Source: a bacterium
Lineage (GTDB): Bacteria; Bacteroidota; Bacteroidia; Bacteroidales; WCHB1-69
Assembly (NCBI GenBank): GCA_963643165.1
Contig: CAVIJD010000008.1
Location: 4,397 to 68,396, forward strand
Length of the DNA: 64,000 bases
Direction of reading: 5' to 3'
Shown here: piece by piece, positions 1 to 10,521 of the stretch
How the letters are laid out: the number at the start of each line of letters is the position of its first letter
Numbering within the stretch: the stretch's first letter is position 1
Made by a program: the position numbers and the translations under genes
The notes under the pieces: generated by a model
The model's database searches: none
The model's input: only the letters and a program-made list of their open reading frames with translations
What the model was told of the DNA's origin: nothing

Positions 1-2
1 AA

Positions 3-3000
3 GACTCCATCACAGCCACAGAATACATCGACTCCACCCTCTTCGACACCCTGAAGACCGACGCGCAGTATGTGGCCGTGCTCGACATCAGCATCAAGCA
101 GATGGAAGACACCTCCCAGCACTACGACCTGCTCAACGGCGGCAAGTCGCACTATGCCGCCTTCCGGCTCAAGGAGGAACCCGAGTTCAAGTCGGACCTC
201 AACACCAAGCTTGTGTGCGACTCCTCCAAGTACAACGCATTGGAAAAAGAGCCCATATTCCCGTCGCCGCAAACGTTGATAAAAGAGGCGCGTGAGTTTA
301 AGATGGGCGAGTTTCCGATGGTGATGCAGCGCGCCCAATACGACTCCACCAAGAAAACCTATAGCGGCGACGGCTACATCATCTGGCGTCCGCTCGGCGT
401 TGACGTGCGGCTCAAGGTGGATTTCAAAGACATAAAGTTCAACAAGAACTACGAGATTATCGCCGGCACCGCCACGAGCAGCGCCACCGACTCCGCCACC
501 TACCTGTCGGCGATGACCAATGAACTGGGGCTCGACCTCGACTCGTTAGGCACGCCCGAGCTCAACAAGATTGTAGCCAAACTGGGGCAGAACGAGGAGA
601 TCAAGAAAAAATACGAAACATTCAAAAGTTGGGGCGAAAAATACGCCAAGAAGTACGGTGGCCTGCTCGGACCGCTGCAAGGCGGCAACGTCGCCACCGA
701 GGTGCTCACCTTCCCGTTGAGCGTCACCGACGAGAAAATCACCGGCTCCAAAAACGTCGTCTTCGTCATCAACAACATGTACTTCTCGCCTGTGGCCTCC
801 CTCATGGGCTTCTGGGCCATCTTTGCCGCCAGCAGCGACAACGCATACGTGCCGTTCCTCGCCAACAACATCTGCATGGAACCGGGCAACCTGTTAGGAA
901 ATGCCGACCAGCACATAGAAATGTACATGGGGCGCAACTATGAGTTCGACCTCTCCAAAGGCTACAAGATGCGCTTCAAGAAAGCCTCCTCCTTCAGCGA
1001 CCCCAAAGACGGCACCGTCATCGTGATAGACTCCGGAAAGCTGAAAGACCTGTTTGTGGATATTGACTTCCAGATGAACCCCGAAGACTTGCGGAAAATC
1101 GACAAAGACGGAAAAGCGCTGAAAGGAAACCCCACCGACCCGGAATCCTGTGTCAAAGCCTCGTTCCGTGCCAACCTCCGCGACTGGGACGACTGGATGG
1201 TACAGATCAAGATGGACGCATTTGCGCCCGCCGACTGCGAGAACTTCTCATTCTACCCCACAGGCAAGGGCATTTGGTATGACCACTCCTCCACCAAGAC
1301 CCCTGACGAGATAGCCTTCCCCAAAGGCTACCTGACCGGGGGCATGGACACCGTAAAAGGGAAAGGCAACAAAACCGACACCCAGCAGCAAGCCGAGAAA
1401 GACAAAACCATGTCAAAGGAACGGCTGGAGTGGCAGGGCTTCTACTGGAACGAGATGACCATCTTCCTCTCCGAGGAAATCAGCAACACCTTCACCGACA
1501 AGAAAGAGCCGAAAGACTCTATGGTAGTGTATCATTACGGCATCAACAACAGCCAAACCGACTCGGCCCTCTACCATCGCACGGGGACCCGTGTCAACTT
1601 CGGGGCCAAAGACATCTTCATTGACACTTGCGGCTTCACGGCCGAGTTCTTTGTGCGCGACATTCTGAAAGCCGAAACCAAAAAAGGCGGCGGCTGGGCA
1701 TTCTCGCTCGACACCATCAGCGTGAGCATCCTCAAAAACGACTTCAAACATGCCTCCATCAAAGGCGCATTCGGCGTTCCGCTCTTCTCGGGCGACTTCC
1801 ACTACCATTGCGCCATCGGCGCCGACAGCCTCACCTTCAACATCGATGTCATGGACGACACCCTTGACCTTGACCTCTGGATAGCAAAGGTCTTGTTCGA
1901 CAAGAAATCCTCCTGCTTCAGAGTGAAGAAAATATATGATGAAGAAGACACCCGCTTTGACATGACCATAAGCGGAAAAATAAACATTGACTTTAACGCA
2001 ATAGACGTTCCATTCAACTTCGCACTCTGCAAATTTGAGGGCATGGGCATGCGCAACTACAACACCATCAAGGACACCAGCACCGTGGACGGCTTCGAGT
2101 TCACGCTTGGAAAGTGGAGTTTTGCCTCGCCGCAACACAGCATCGGGGGCGTGGCATCAGACAAGTATGGGAAACTGCACAACTTGGCGGCACCCGACGG
2201 CGGTGAGGTCGGAAGCCTCGACATTGCGGGAATCTTCACCGCCAGCCTCAAAGAACTGAAACCTTACGCCAGTTATGACTCCAAAGCGAAGAAACTCAAA
2301 CTTGGCTTCGACACTGAGCTGTCGCTGAAAGTGAACTTTGGCGAAAACAACGCCTTCGGCGGTTCCTTCGGATTCAAATTGTGGGGCACTTGCGAACCAT
2401 TCAACAATTTTAAAGTCAGCAAGCCCGAATTCGAATTAGGCAAGATTGGCGTACAATGCAACCTTGACGTCTTCGATCTGGAAGGGGAACTTGAATTTCC
2501 CAGCAAAGACGACAAGAGTTTCAAGACTGGACTTAAAGGGAAACTCAATGTCAGTTGCTTAGGCGGTTCTGTACAACTGAAAATGAGTGCCGGCTTCGGC
2601 ACTGCTGAAAAAAAGAATGGTGCCGGCACCTACTCTTGGTGGTTCTTGGACGGCGGTTGCAAGTTCCCGGGTGGCATTCCCCTCGGTGCCATCAGCATCA
2701 ATGGCTTCTCCGGTGGTTTTGCTTACAACATGGAATCCACAAGAGACTTGTCAAGTTTAACCTGTCAAAATCTTCTGGCCAAAGCCGAGGATAACTCTAA
2801 GCAAAACACGGCAGTCAACTCCGATGCTCAATTTGTGCCAAAGTATGACTATTGGGTTGCCAATGCCGGCATCAGCATGGTTCTTACCGGTGCTGAAAAC
2901 ACAATGAACGCCGACGGACTCGTCTCGCTGCGCATCGGCGAAGGCCACTTTACCGGCATTTTCATACAAGCCAATGCCTACGTGATGACCAAGATGGACA

Positions 3001-6000
3001 AGAGCAAAACTCCCGGTGACGGCACGAACAACAGTGGCAGCTTGGTGAAAGCCTCTGCCTTGATGGGCTACGAACAGACTTCCGAATGGAATTACTTCCG
3101 GATTTCCATTAATGCCAAATTGGATATTAATCTTGACAAATTACTTAAGGGTTTGTCTTCCACCACAGTAGGCGGGGCCGTACAAGCCGTGCATTCCGGA
3201 CTGATGAGAGCGGGTGCAAGCATCGTTGGCGGCGTTGACACAGTACTGAACAACTTAGGTTCCGTAGGTTCCTCTCTGAAAAAACATACGCAAAGCTTGC
3301 GCGAAGATGCCGTAGAAAGTTCCACCGGCAGCGGTGGCGCATTGCCAAGTTTCAGCATAGAGGCGAAAATACCGATTGATTTTGAACTGAAGCATTACAA
3401 GAAAAACACGGCTGACGGCAAGAAAGGGACAACCGACTGGTATTTCGCCATTGGCAAGCCCAAATACGACGAGCGTGTGCAGTTGAAATCCAATTTAGAC
3501 CTTGTAATAGCCAAAGCAGAGGCCGAATTCACGTTCTACCTGCAAACGGGCAATGCCTTTGCCTACGAACTGCCTCCATTGAGCCAATCCCTCAAAGAAT
3601 TCTTCGGGTTGGAAAAGAAAGGCAAAGAAATGCAAAAAGGCGCAAGTGAGGAAGGGGTCAAGAAAACACGTAAGATCCCGAACGACGACTGGCTCAAAAT
3701 CGACAAGGGCGGCGGTTTCTGTATGGGCTCGACTTTCCACACCAGATTGGAGTTCTGCTGCTTCCTTTATCTCAACATCGAGGCGGACTTAGGATTCGAC
3801 ATCGCCATGTTGGATGTGACGGGCTTAGGATGCCCCGGACATGGTCAAATCGGAAAGAACAACTTCTATGCTACGGGGCGTGTTTATGCGGCACTGCAAG
3901 GAGAAGTTGGTCTGAAAATCAATTTAGGGTTCTGGAGCGGCAAAATCAAACTCCTGTCCGCCGGTGTAGGCGCCTTGTTGCAGGGTGGCGGTCCTAACCC
4001 GTCGTATGCCTACGGACTGCTCCGTTTCAAAGTGAGTGCCTTGAACGGGTTGCTCAAATTCAGCACCTCCGTTGACTTCAGCATGGGTGAGGTTTGCGTG
4101 CCCGGTGCCGGCGACCCGCTCGCCAACGTCAAACTCTTCCAAAGCGTAACCCCCGGCTACGAAAACGAGAACACCGCCAAGGAATCCAAAAACGCCATTT
4201 CGGCATTGACCATTGGTGCCATCGTGTCCAATATGCCTTGGGACCAGGAAATCCCGCTGAGCGACAACGACAGAACGCGTAAATTCAGGTTCACACTGCT
4301 GGAGGACGATTGCAAATACAGCACTGCAGCCAACACACAGTACGCTGTGGTTTCAGGAAGAAACAGACTTGTGTTCACAAACAACAAAAACGATGCTAAC
4401 AGCATACTCTTTGAAAGCGAAGAGGGCGGATTTGTGCCTGATGTGAACAATAAACTTTACCTTAAGGCCCGAGCCTTTGAGTGGAGGAAGAAACTGAAAT
4501 CCAATGAAATCAGCAGCAAAGGCTTACGTTCCGACGATGCTTATCATGTTTCCGGTTCAAATAAAGGGGATATTTACAATAATGCTCCCGACTATTGCTG
4601 GCGCAACCCAACCTATCTGGATGAAGACCAAAAAAAGAAATACGAAATACGCACCTGGACACAAGACACCACGCTGTTCTTCAAGACTAAGCCCATGGGT
4701 TACACCCTTAACAACCAGGTTGTATTCGCATGGCCTTACAACGGAGAAATAAACTTCCCAAACAAAGAATACGTGTATAGAAACGGACACTATTGGGTCA
4801 ACCTTTACCTGTTCAAAGATAGACCTGACCTTTTCAAAACAAACAACTCCGGAAACAGAACATGCAAGATTATTCTGTTCACCAACAATATTGTGGGCAT
4901 TTATCTTGGCAATAATTATGAATATGAACTTTCATACGTATATGATGCAAGTGGCAAACTTCCCTTGTTGAGGATTCAGTTGCCGGACAAGATCGTCGGC
5001 TTGGGAGGTGGATTTAAAATCAAAATTTACTCCATTGAGAAAAGCAAGTTCGAAGCCGGCTTAAAACAGGAAGATCTGGCCATCACAAAAGTTGACCAAG
5101 AAAAGAGCCGCATTGCCATCTCTGACCAAACGTATGCGGATGCCATAAACGCACATAACAACCCGAACGGAAGTTCCGGAAAAGGTTCCAGCTCTCGCTT
5201 TGGCTCTTCAAAGGGTAATTCAAAAAATGACCAAATTCAGTCGTCGGTTATTTTCGCAAACGGAAAAGGCAAAGGAAACGTCAATATGCCAAACACTCCG
5301 CAAATTAAGGGTCGTTCCCATCCTTCCAACACAGCACCAGTTTCCTTTTCGAACAGTTCTCCAAAGAACGTTGTCAACATAAGGAACAACCAGTTGGAGG
5401 ATGTCTATAACTCGCTGCAAGAGTCCGGAAAAGACACGATGTACTATAAGCGCACACGGCTGAAGAACGCCATTGACGTTCTCGACAGAGATGGGGATCT
5501 TATCTATTGCTGGACCTGGGCAGCCACAACAACTGGATGGGGGGGCGCTAGAAAAACACCCGATTATGAGGCCTTGCTGAAAACTGACACCTACGGAGAA
5601 GAAAGACCGACCGATTTCATCAGTGCCAAATACAACCTCCTTTCAAGCACTTGCACCGTCACTGTAAAAAAGGACAAAATCATCTTAAATCCTCATTACG
5701 CCAATAGTGTGTTGTTGAATGCCAGAGGCCATCTTTTCCTTCCGCACGACTACCAAGACCCTGCAATGTATAACACCAATTGCATTCAACCACCAAGAGC
5801 GTTCTTCTTAACCAACTATAATGCGGAAATGAATGAGTTGCACAATCGCTATTTCCAGCATTTTTTGGATCTTGAACGATCCTTCAAATCATACTCCGAG
5901 GTTTCTTCGTTCAAGAAAGGTCTTTCTGCTGCTGACATTCAAAATTTAGATCGAACGATGGCAAAGGGACTGGTGGCAAATCCTAATTACGCTTTTTCTA

Positions 6001-7007
6001 ACATCAGCCGCAGAATAAAAGCCGGCACTCTATTTGAGCGTTGCAATGAAGCCAATTACCATCCTACCGCCATTGACAAACCTAAGATATTGGATTTCGA
6101 GGCAACAGTCCAGAACTTTGTCCCCTACAAAGAGGAAGATTTCAACAAAACTATCAATATGGGTGGTAGCGATTTACTGGATAGCAGATATAATAATTAT
6201 GTAAATGGAGTTCGCATCATCGATTATGCTACCCCATCTTTGATGGATGATGTGGTTAAATTCCATAATTTTTTCCAACGGAATCAACAATTAGCGCAGT
6301 ATTTCAACAAAAAAAGTTGGAAAGACAAGAAAAAAATAGTAGTAGACTTGACAGACAAATACAAATATGCAATGTTCGAGTATCCGGAGCCATTCCCATT
6401 CCAGATGCCTCTACTTTACCTTCCTATGCACTATATGAGTATTAAAAATGCATTATACGAATATGGTGATAGTTTCATAACAAGCGGCGGGATTACTATT
6501 TACAAGAAAAACTACGACAAATCTCGTTATTTCATTTACCACAAACAACTTCCAAAACGCTATTGGAATTGGAGTTATTACTGGTGGAGTGCAAAAGGGC
6601 AAGGCACAGAAGATGCCGGAGAAGGCTTGGACAGGAATTTTTACGACGGAGGCGGAAGAACAAGAAGCACAATATATTACAATGCAGTTCCGGGACATCC
6701 TGACCAACGCCTCGACCATATATTGGGCAGTTGGTATTATCATGAAGCCTACCCCACCCAATTTAGCAATTCTCTCTCTTACGCTTTTGTCACTTCCAAC
6801 TGTTCTAATTTTGAGGCGACACTTATGAAGATAGCTGTGGCCGTCAAGAACAACGATCCTATCGTTTTCTTCCCCACCAAGCAAGTCTATACTAATGCAA
6901 AATACTATTACTCTCTTAAGAATATTTCAAGTTTCAATAAAATACTCAGCAAACCTTATTTAGAAGTTAAAAGTTATGATTCTGATACAGAGTTCAACTA
7001 TAAATAA
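3..7007 (+). CDS. Giant protein of unknown function, 5'-truncated by the window edge; probable secreted/surface protein
   Basis: The open frame continues upstream of the ORF-track start at 72 (DSITATEYIDSTLFDTLKTDAQYVAVLDISIK... reads from nt 3), so the true start is outside the window. More than 2311 aa, ends TAA at 7007, followed 12 nt later by an FN3-like gene. Confidence 0.8.
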   Translation, partial: DSITATEYIDSTLFDTLKTDAQYVAVLDISIKQMEDTSQHYDLLNGGKSHYAAFRLKEEPEFKSDLNTKLVCDSSKYNALEKEPIFPSPQTLIKEAREFKMGEFPMVMQRAQYDSTKKTYSGDGYIIWRPLGVDVRLKVDFKDIKFNKNYEIIAGTATSSATDSATYLSAMTNELGLDLDSLGTPELNKIVAKLGQNEEIKKKYETFKSWGEKYAKKYGGLLGPLQGGNVATEVLTFPLSVTDEKITGSKNVVFVINNMYFSPVASLMGFWAIFAASSDNAYVPFLANNICMEPGNLLGNADQHIEMYMGRNYEFDLSKGYKMRFKKASSFSDPKDGTVIVIDSGKLKDLFVDIDFQMNPEDLRKIDKDGKALKGNPTDPESCVKASFRANLRDWDDWMVQIKMDAFAPADCENFSFYPTGKGIWYDHSSTKTPDEIAFPKGYLTGGMDTVKGKGNKTDTQQQAEKDKTMSKERLEWQGFYWNEMTIFLSEEISNTFTDKKEPKDSMVVYHYGINNSQTDSALYHRTGTRVNFGAKDIFIDTCGFTAEFFVRDILKAETKKGGGWAFSLDTISVSILKNDFKHASIKGAFGVPLFSGDFHYHCAIGADSLTFNIDVMDDTLDLDLWIAKVLFDKKSSCFRVKKIYDEEDTRFDMTISGKINIDFNAIDVPFNFALCKFEGMGMRNYNTIKDTSTVDGFEFTLGKWSFASPQHSIGGVASDKYGKLHNLAAPDGGEVGSLDIAGIFTASLKELKPYASYDSKAKKLKLGFDTELSLKVNFGENNAFGGSFGFKLWGTCEPFNNFKVSKPEFELGKIGVQCNLDVFDLEGELEFPSKDDKSFKTGLKGKLNVSCLGGSVQLKMSAGFGTAEKKNGAGTYSWWFLDGGCKFPGGIPLGAISINGFSGGFAYNMESTRDLSSLTCQNLLAKAEDNSKQNTAVNSDAQFVPKYDYWVANAGISMVLTGAENTMNADGLVSLRIGEGHFTGIFIQANAYVMTKMDKSKTPGDGTNNSGSLVKASALMGYEQTSEWNYFRISINAKLDINLDKLLKGLSSTTVGGAVQAVHSGLMRAGASIVGGVDTVLNNLGSVGSSLKKHTQSLREDAVESSTGSGGALPSFSIEAKIPIDFELKHYKKNTADGKKGTTDWYFAIGKPKYDERVQLKSNLDLVIAKAEAEFTFYLQTGNAFAYELPPLSQSLKEFFGLEKKGKEMQKGASEEGVKKTRKIPNDDWLKIDKGGGFCMGSTFHTRLEFCCFLYLNIEADLGFDIAMLDVTGLGCPGHGQIGKNNFYATGRVYAALQGEVGLKINLGFWSGKIKLLSAGVGALLQGGGPNPSYAYGLLRFKVSALNGLLKFSTSVDFSMGEVCVPGAGDPLANVKLFQSVTPGYENENTAKESKNAISALTIGAIVSNMPWDQEIPLSDNDRTRKFRFTLLEDDCKYSTAANTQYAVVSGRNRLVFTNNKNDANSILFESEEGGFVPDVNNKLYLKARAFEWRKKLKSNEISSKGLRSDDAYHVSGSNKGDIYNNAPDYCWRNPTYLDEDQKKKYEIRTWTQDTTLFFKTKPMGYTLNNQVVFAWPYNGEINFPNKEYVYRNGHYWVNLYLFKDRPDLFKTNNSGNRTCKIILFTNNIVGIYLGNNYEYELSYVYDASGKLPLLRIQLPDKIVGLGGGFKIKIYSIEKSKFEAGLKQEDLAITKVDQEKSRIAISDQTYADAINAHNNPNGSSGKGSSSRFGSSKGNSKNDQIQSSVIFANGKGKGNVNMPNTPQIKGRSHPSNTAPVSFSNSSPKNVVNIRNNQLEDVYNSLQESGKDTMYYKRTRLKNAIDVLDRDGDLIYCWTWAATTTGWGGARKTPDYEALLKTDTYGEERPTDFISAKYNLLSSTCTVTVKKDKIILNPHYANSVLLNARGHLFLPHDYQDPAMYNTNCIQPPRAFFLTNYNAEMNELHNRYFQHFLDLERSFKSYSEVSSFKKGLSAADIQNLDRTMAKGLVANPNYAFSNISRRIKAGTLFERCNEANYHPTAIDKPKILDFEATVQNFVPYKEEDFNKTINMGGSDLLDSRYNNYVNGVRIIDYATPSLMDDVVKFHNFFQRNQQLAQYFNKKSWKDKKKIVVDLTDKYKYAMFEYPEPFPFQMPLLYLPMHYMSIKNALYEYGDSFITSGGITIYKKNYDKSRYFIYHKQLPKRYWNWSYYWWSAKGQGTEDAGEGLDRNFYDGGGRTRSTIYYNAVPGHPDQRLDHILGSWYYHEAYPTQFSNSLSYAFVTSNCSNFEATLMKIAVAVKNNDPIVFFPTKQVYTNAKYYYSLKNISSFNKILSKPYLEVKSYDSDTEFNYK

Positions 7008-7018
7008 AAACATACGAT

Positions 7019-9256
7019 ATGAAGACAACAATGCTCAACAATAATCTCCTCAAAGCCAGCAATATACTTCTCTTTTTCCTTGGTTTCTGGTGCAACCATG
7101 CCTTGGCACAAGACATCGAGACCATTCAATATGTTGATACAACGGGAACTATTGACACGTCATCAACTTACGAGTCGCCATACGGAAAACGCTACAACTT
7201 TGTGTTGGTAGCGCGCAGCTACGGCGACAGCGTCGTGTTGCGTTGGGCTCCGGAGAACGCCGGCGTCTGGATTTCCGCCAACTACTACGGCTGGAACATC
7301 TTGCGCGACAAAGACGAGTCGGAAATTCGCGAGGACGACACCACCTTCAACATCCGGTTGAATGACAAACCCATCAAGCCGCTCTCCCTCGACGAGATGA
7401 TGCAGCGTTATGACTCTACCAACATTTTCATCGGGGCGGCGGCACAGGCCCTCTACGGCGAGTCGTACTACAACCCCAAAGAGGGCGACGGCTTGGCCAA
7501 CTACGTGTTCCGTCGCGACCAGGAACAAAACCAACGTATGGCCATGGCTTACCTTGCCGCCGAAGGACATCCTGAGGTGGCCGACGCCCTCGGCCTGCGC
7601 TTTGTGGATACTGCCGTTAAGGTTGGCCGTACCTATATGTACCGTGTTGAGAGCCTCATCCCGCAAGAACAGATCTTTATGCCCGCAAAATTCTTCATGG
7701 TCAACAACATTCCGTATGTGCGGTCCGAGGACGAGAAGATACCGGAAATACAGATCTACCAGAACGGTCCGTTCACAGCCTTTGTCTATTGGGAAAAGAA
7801 CAAACTGTCGGGATACTACGTGGAGCGCAGCAGCGACAACGGCAAGACCTGGGAAAAACTAAACAGCGCCCCCATCTACGGCTACATGCCAGACCACGAT
7901 GCCTACGAAGTGCTTGGCGACGACATCGGGAAACTGCTGGAACACAACGTCGGCTTAATTGACTCCCTGGAACTGAACGTCAAGTACCAATACCGCGTCA
8001 AGGCGTTTGATGCCTTTGGCGACTACGCTCCGGAACGCGTCTCCGAAAAGTTCGAGATGGAAGACCGCATACCGCCTACCGTGCCCGTGTTGGACGAAAT
8101 ACTGCCTAAAGACAACAAAGTGTGTACGCTACAGTGGTATATGGACAAAAAAGATGACGACCTCAAAGGTTTCATCGTAGCATTCTCGGACGTGCCGGAG
8201 GGACCGTGGAATCATGTTACCGAACTGCTTCCGCCCACCGCTCGCCAATGGACCGACAACGATGCCGAGAAGCGCGGCAGGGGCTTCTTCCGCATCTTTG
8301 CGGTTGACGAAAGCCAGAACTTCTCCTACTCCACCTCAAAGTGCAACAACATCGAAGACGTGTTCGCACCCGCACCGCCTACCGGCTTCCAAGCTTGGGT
8401 TGACACCGCCGGCGTGGTCTATTTCAACTGGAACAAAAGTCCTGAAAAAGACGTCTATGGCTACCATATCTATTTTGCCAACCAGATTGACCACGACTAC
8501 ATTCCAAAGACCAACTACAGGGTTGAAGACACAACCTGGACCGACACCGTCAGTTTGAACACCCTGACCAAGTACATATATTATTACATCGTGGCGGAAG
8601 ACTACAGTCACAACATCTCCTTGCCATCCGACACGCTGGCCGTGCCTGTGCCGGACACCATCGCGCCGGGCATCGCCCTGCTGGAAGACTACACCACCAC
8701 CAACGAGTCGGTGACCTTCAAGTGGCTGCAGAGCACCTCCGAGGACGTGGCCTACTACTACGTCTATCGCAAGTTTGACAACGAGAAGCAGTGGAAGTAC
8801 CTCCGCATCATCACCCCCGACGAGCTGGAGGAGAACGAGCCCATCATCCTCATTGACTACCCCGAACCCTCGCCCAAGAACTACAACTACTGCATCGAGG
8901 TAATTGACCGCGACGGGCTCTCGTCGGGCAAGACGGGACAGACCACCATACGTTTCCGCGGCGCGTCCACCCTCAAGATACCGCTCACCCTCAAGGCCGC
9001 ACCCCACAAGAGCGGCAACGGCGTCACCCTCAACTTCACCTACGAGTACGAGTCGCACCACGACTACTACGGCGTCATTTACAAGTCGGTGAACGGCGAG
9101 CCCGCCTACGTGCTGGGCAGTTTCAACCGCGGCGAGAACACCTACAACGACTTCAACGTCAACTCTGGTGACACGGTGTCGTACTACATCCGCATGATGC
9201 TGGGCAACGGCAAGCAGTCGCAGTCCTCTGAAACCGCAACCGTCAAGGTAAAATAA
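7019..9256 (+). CDS. Secreted protein with repeated fibronectin type III-like domains
   Basis: Signal peptide MKTTMLNNNLLKASNILLFFLGFWCNHALAQ; repeated motifs such as AYRYRVKAFDAFGDY..., PPTVPVLDEILPKDNKVCTLQWY, APTGFQAWVDTAGVVYFNWNKSPEKDVYGYHIYF. Confidence 0.75.
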   Translation: MKTTMLNNNLLKASNILLFFLGFWCNHALAQDIETIQYVDTTGTIDTSSTYESPYGKRYNFVLVARSYGDSVVLRWAPENAGVWISANYYGWNILRDKDESEIREDDTTFNIRLNDKPIKPLSLDEMMQRYDSTNIFIGAAAQALYGESYYNPKEGDGLANYVFRRDQEQNQRMAMAYLAAEGHPEVADALGLRFVDTAVKVGRTYMYRVESLIPQEQIFMPAKFFMVNNIPYVRSEDEKIPEIQIYQNGPFTAFVYWEKNKLSGYYVERSSDNGKTWEKLNSAPIYGYMPDHDAYEVLGDDIGKLLEHNVGLIDSLELNVKYQYRVKAFDAFGDYAPERVSEKFEMEDRIPPTVPVLDEILPKDNKVCTLQWYMDKKDDDLKGFIVAFSDVPEGPWNHVTELLPPTARQWTDNDAEKRGRGFFRIFAVDESQNFSYSTSKCNNIEDVFAPAPPTGFQAWVDTAGVVYFNWNKSPEKDVYGYHIYFANQIDHDYIPKTNYRVEDTTWTDTVSLNTLTKYIYYYIVAEDYSHNISLPSDTLAVPVPDTIAPGIALLEDYTTTNESVTFKWLQSTSEDVAYYYVYRKFDNEKQWKYLRIITPDELEENEPIILIDYPEPSPKNYNYCIEVIDRDGLSSGKTGQTTIRFRGASTLKIPLTLKAAPHKSGNGVTLNFTYEYESHHDYYGVIYKSVNGEPAYVLGSFNRGENTYNDFNVNSGDTVSYYIRMMLGNGKQSQSSETATVKVK

Positions 9257-9295
9257 GAGGGGTTAGAAGAACCGCCAGCTCTGACACAGCCTGTA

Positions 9296-9689
9296 TTATA
9301 CAGGATCTGTCAAATTTTGAGGATTTCTGTTTATTGGATTATATTGATTTGCGGTGTCAAAGCAATTCTCCGCTGTCCCTGGGAACTGTTCAATCAAGGA
9401 CTTACGGACATTATCATATCCCTTAAAGACCGTAAACCATATTGACCAATAACCACCAGCCTTTGCCAAATCGACTATTGTATCAATGCCCACCTTTGGC
9501 TGTACATGTTCGACATGCAGGTCTCTCTGATTCTGGTTGTGGACTTCACAATAGGAGCAGAAATCACCGAGATTAGCCAAAAGTGGTTTTTTGGGCTTTT
9601 GTATATGGTTGATATGTTCGGGCAACACATTGAACTTTCCCCTCAACTGAAATCAATTCGCCAACAGCAGCCTTCTTCACTGGTCTCAT
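9296..9689 (-). pseudogene. Degenerate PtuB-like HNH endonuclease (Septu-like)
   Basis: FCSYCEVHNQNQRDLHVEHVQPK is an HNH/CxxC-type core. Start ATG at 9689 overlaps the end of the upstream ATPase frame (ATGA). The frame MRPVKKAAVGELISVEGKVQCVARTYQPYTKAQK must shift by 1 nt at the A6 run (9587-9592 on + strand) to continue as PLLANLGDFCSYCE. The short downstream region suggests an internal deletion. Confidence 0.6.
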
Positions 9690-10440
9690 CTGGAATTCCT
9701 TTCTGCTCTCAAAAGAGACACGTATGCGGGATTGTCACTATATTCCGCCTCCATTTCATCCAGTGTTTTCTTAATTTCAATTGTTTCCTTATCGTCAACT
9801 TTATCTGACAATACTAAATCATATTACTTGTCAGCAAGTTTTACCATATTCTGATATCGCTGGCTTCTTTTCAGGTCTGACATATTCATCTCTGTCGCAG
9901 CTATCTCTTCTACACTTCGGTATATAGGGTCTGTGTCACTTGTCACGCCATCGAGCACAACAAGATTTTCTTTCTTAACACTTTGGACAATAAACGGAGA
10001 GTGTGTGGTGACAACAAATTGAATGTTCGGAAATGCCTTACGCAAATCTTCCAATATATGCATTTGCCATCTTGGATGCAGATAAAGTTCCAATTCATCA
10101 ATCATAACGATACCAGGGGTTTTCTCAACAGCATCCTTTCCAAGAAAACCATTCAGTTCAACACAACGATGTGCAATCTCTGCTGCAATACATATAACCG
10201 ATTTAAAACCATCGCTCATGTGCTCAAAGGTCTGATAAGTCGGGGGCAAATCCCGAACTCCTACACATGCCGAAAACTCGTTGTTTTTAGTGTCAATATG
10301 AATGTCATCCAATGCAGGTATTGCTTTGTACAAGGCATTAATGAACGCCTCAAAAGTACCTGGTGTAACTTGATTCGATTTCAGATTACGATCGTATCGG
10401 TACAACCAGTCGAATGCTCCCCCAACCACTGCCACTTTTT
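9689..10440 (-). pseudogene. Degenerate PtuA/AAA15-like ATPase, N-terminus lost
   Basis: Contains MSDGFKS...GIVMIDELELYLHPRWQ...NIQFVVTTHSPFIVQS (ABC/SMC-type signature, Walker B, H-loop) but no Walker A. In-frame TAA at 9824-9826 is followed by 45 further sense codons (YDLVLSDKVDDKETIEIKKTLDEMEAEYSDNPAYVSLLRAERNSR) to TGA at 9686. The first ~40 aa of the ORF-track call (10564 start) read through terminator hairpins and the pepD 3' end. Confidence 0.6.
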
Positions 10441-10499
10441 TTGCCGTCAGACGGCAAAAAAAAGGGAGCAGTGGCGGCTCGTTTCGCCGCCACTGCTCC
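10436..10499. terminator. Two tandem perfect hairpins at the 3' end of pepD
   Basis: TTTTTTTGCCGTC-a-GACGGCAAAAAAA (10436-10462) and GGGAGCAGTGGCGGC-tcgtttc-GCCGCCACTGCTCCC (10463-10499). Confidence 0.8.
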
Positions 10500-10521
10500 C
10501 GTGACTCATTGTAAGCTCCCG

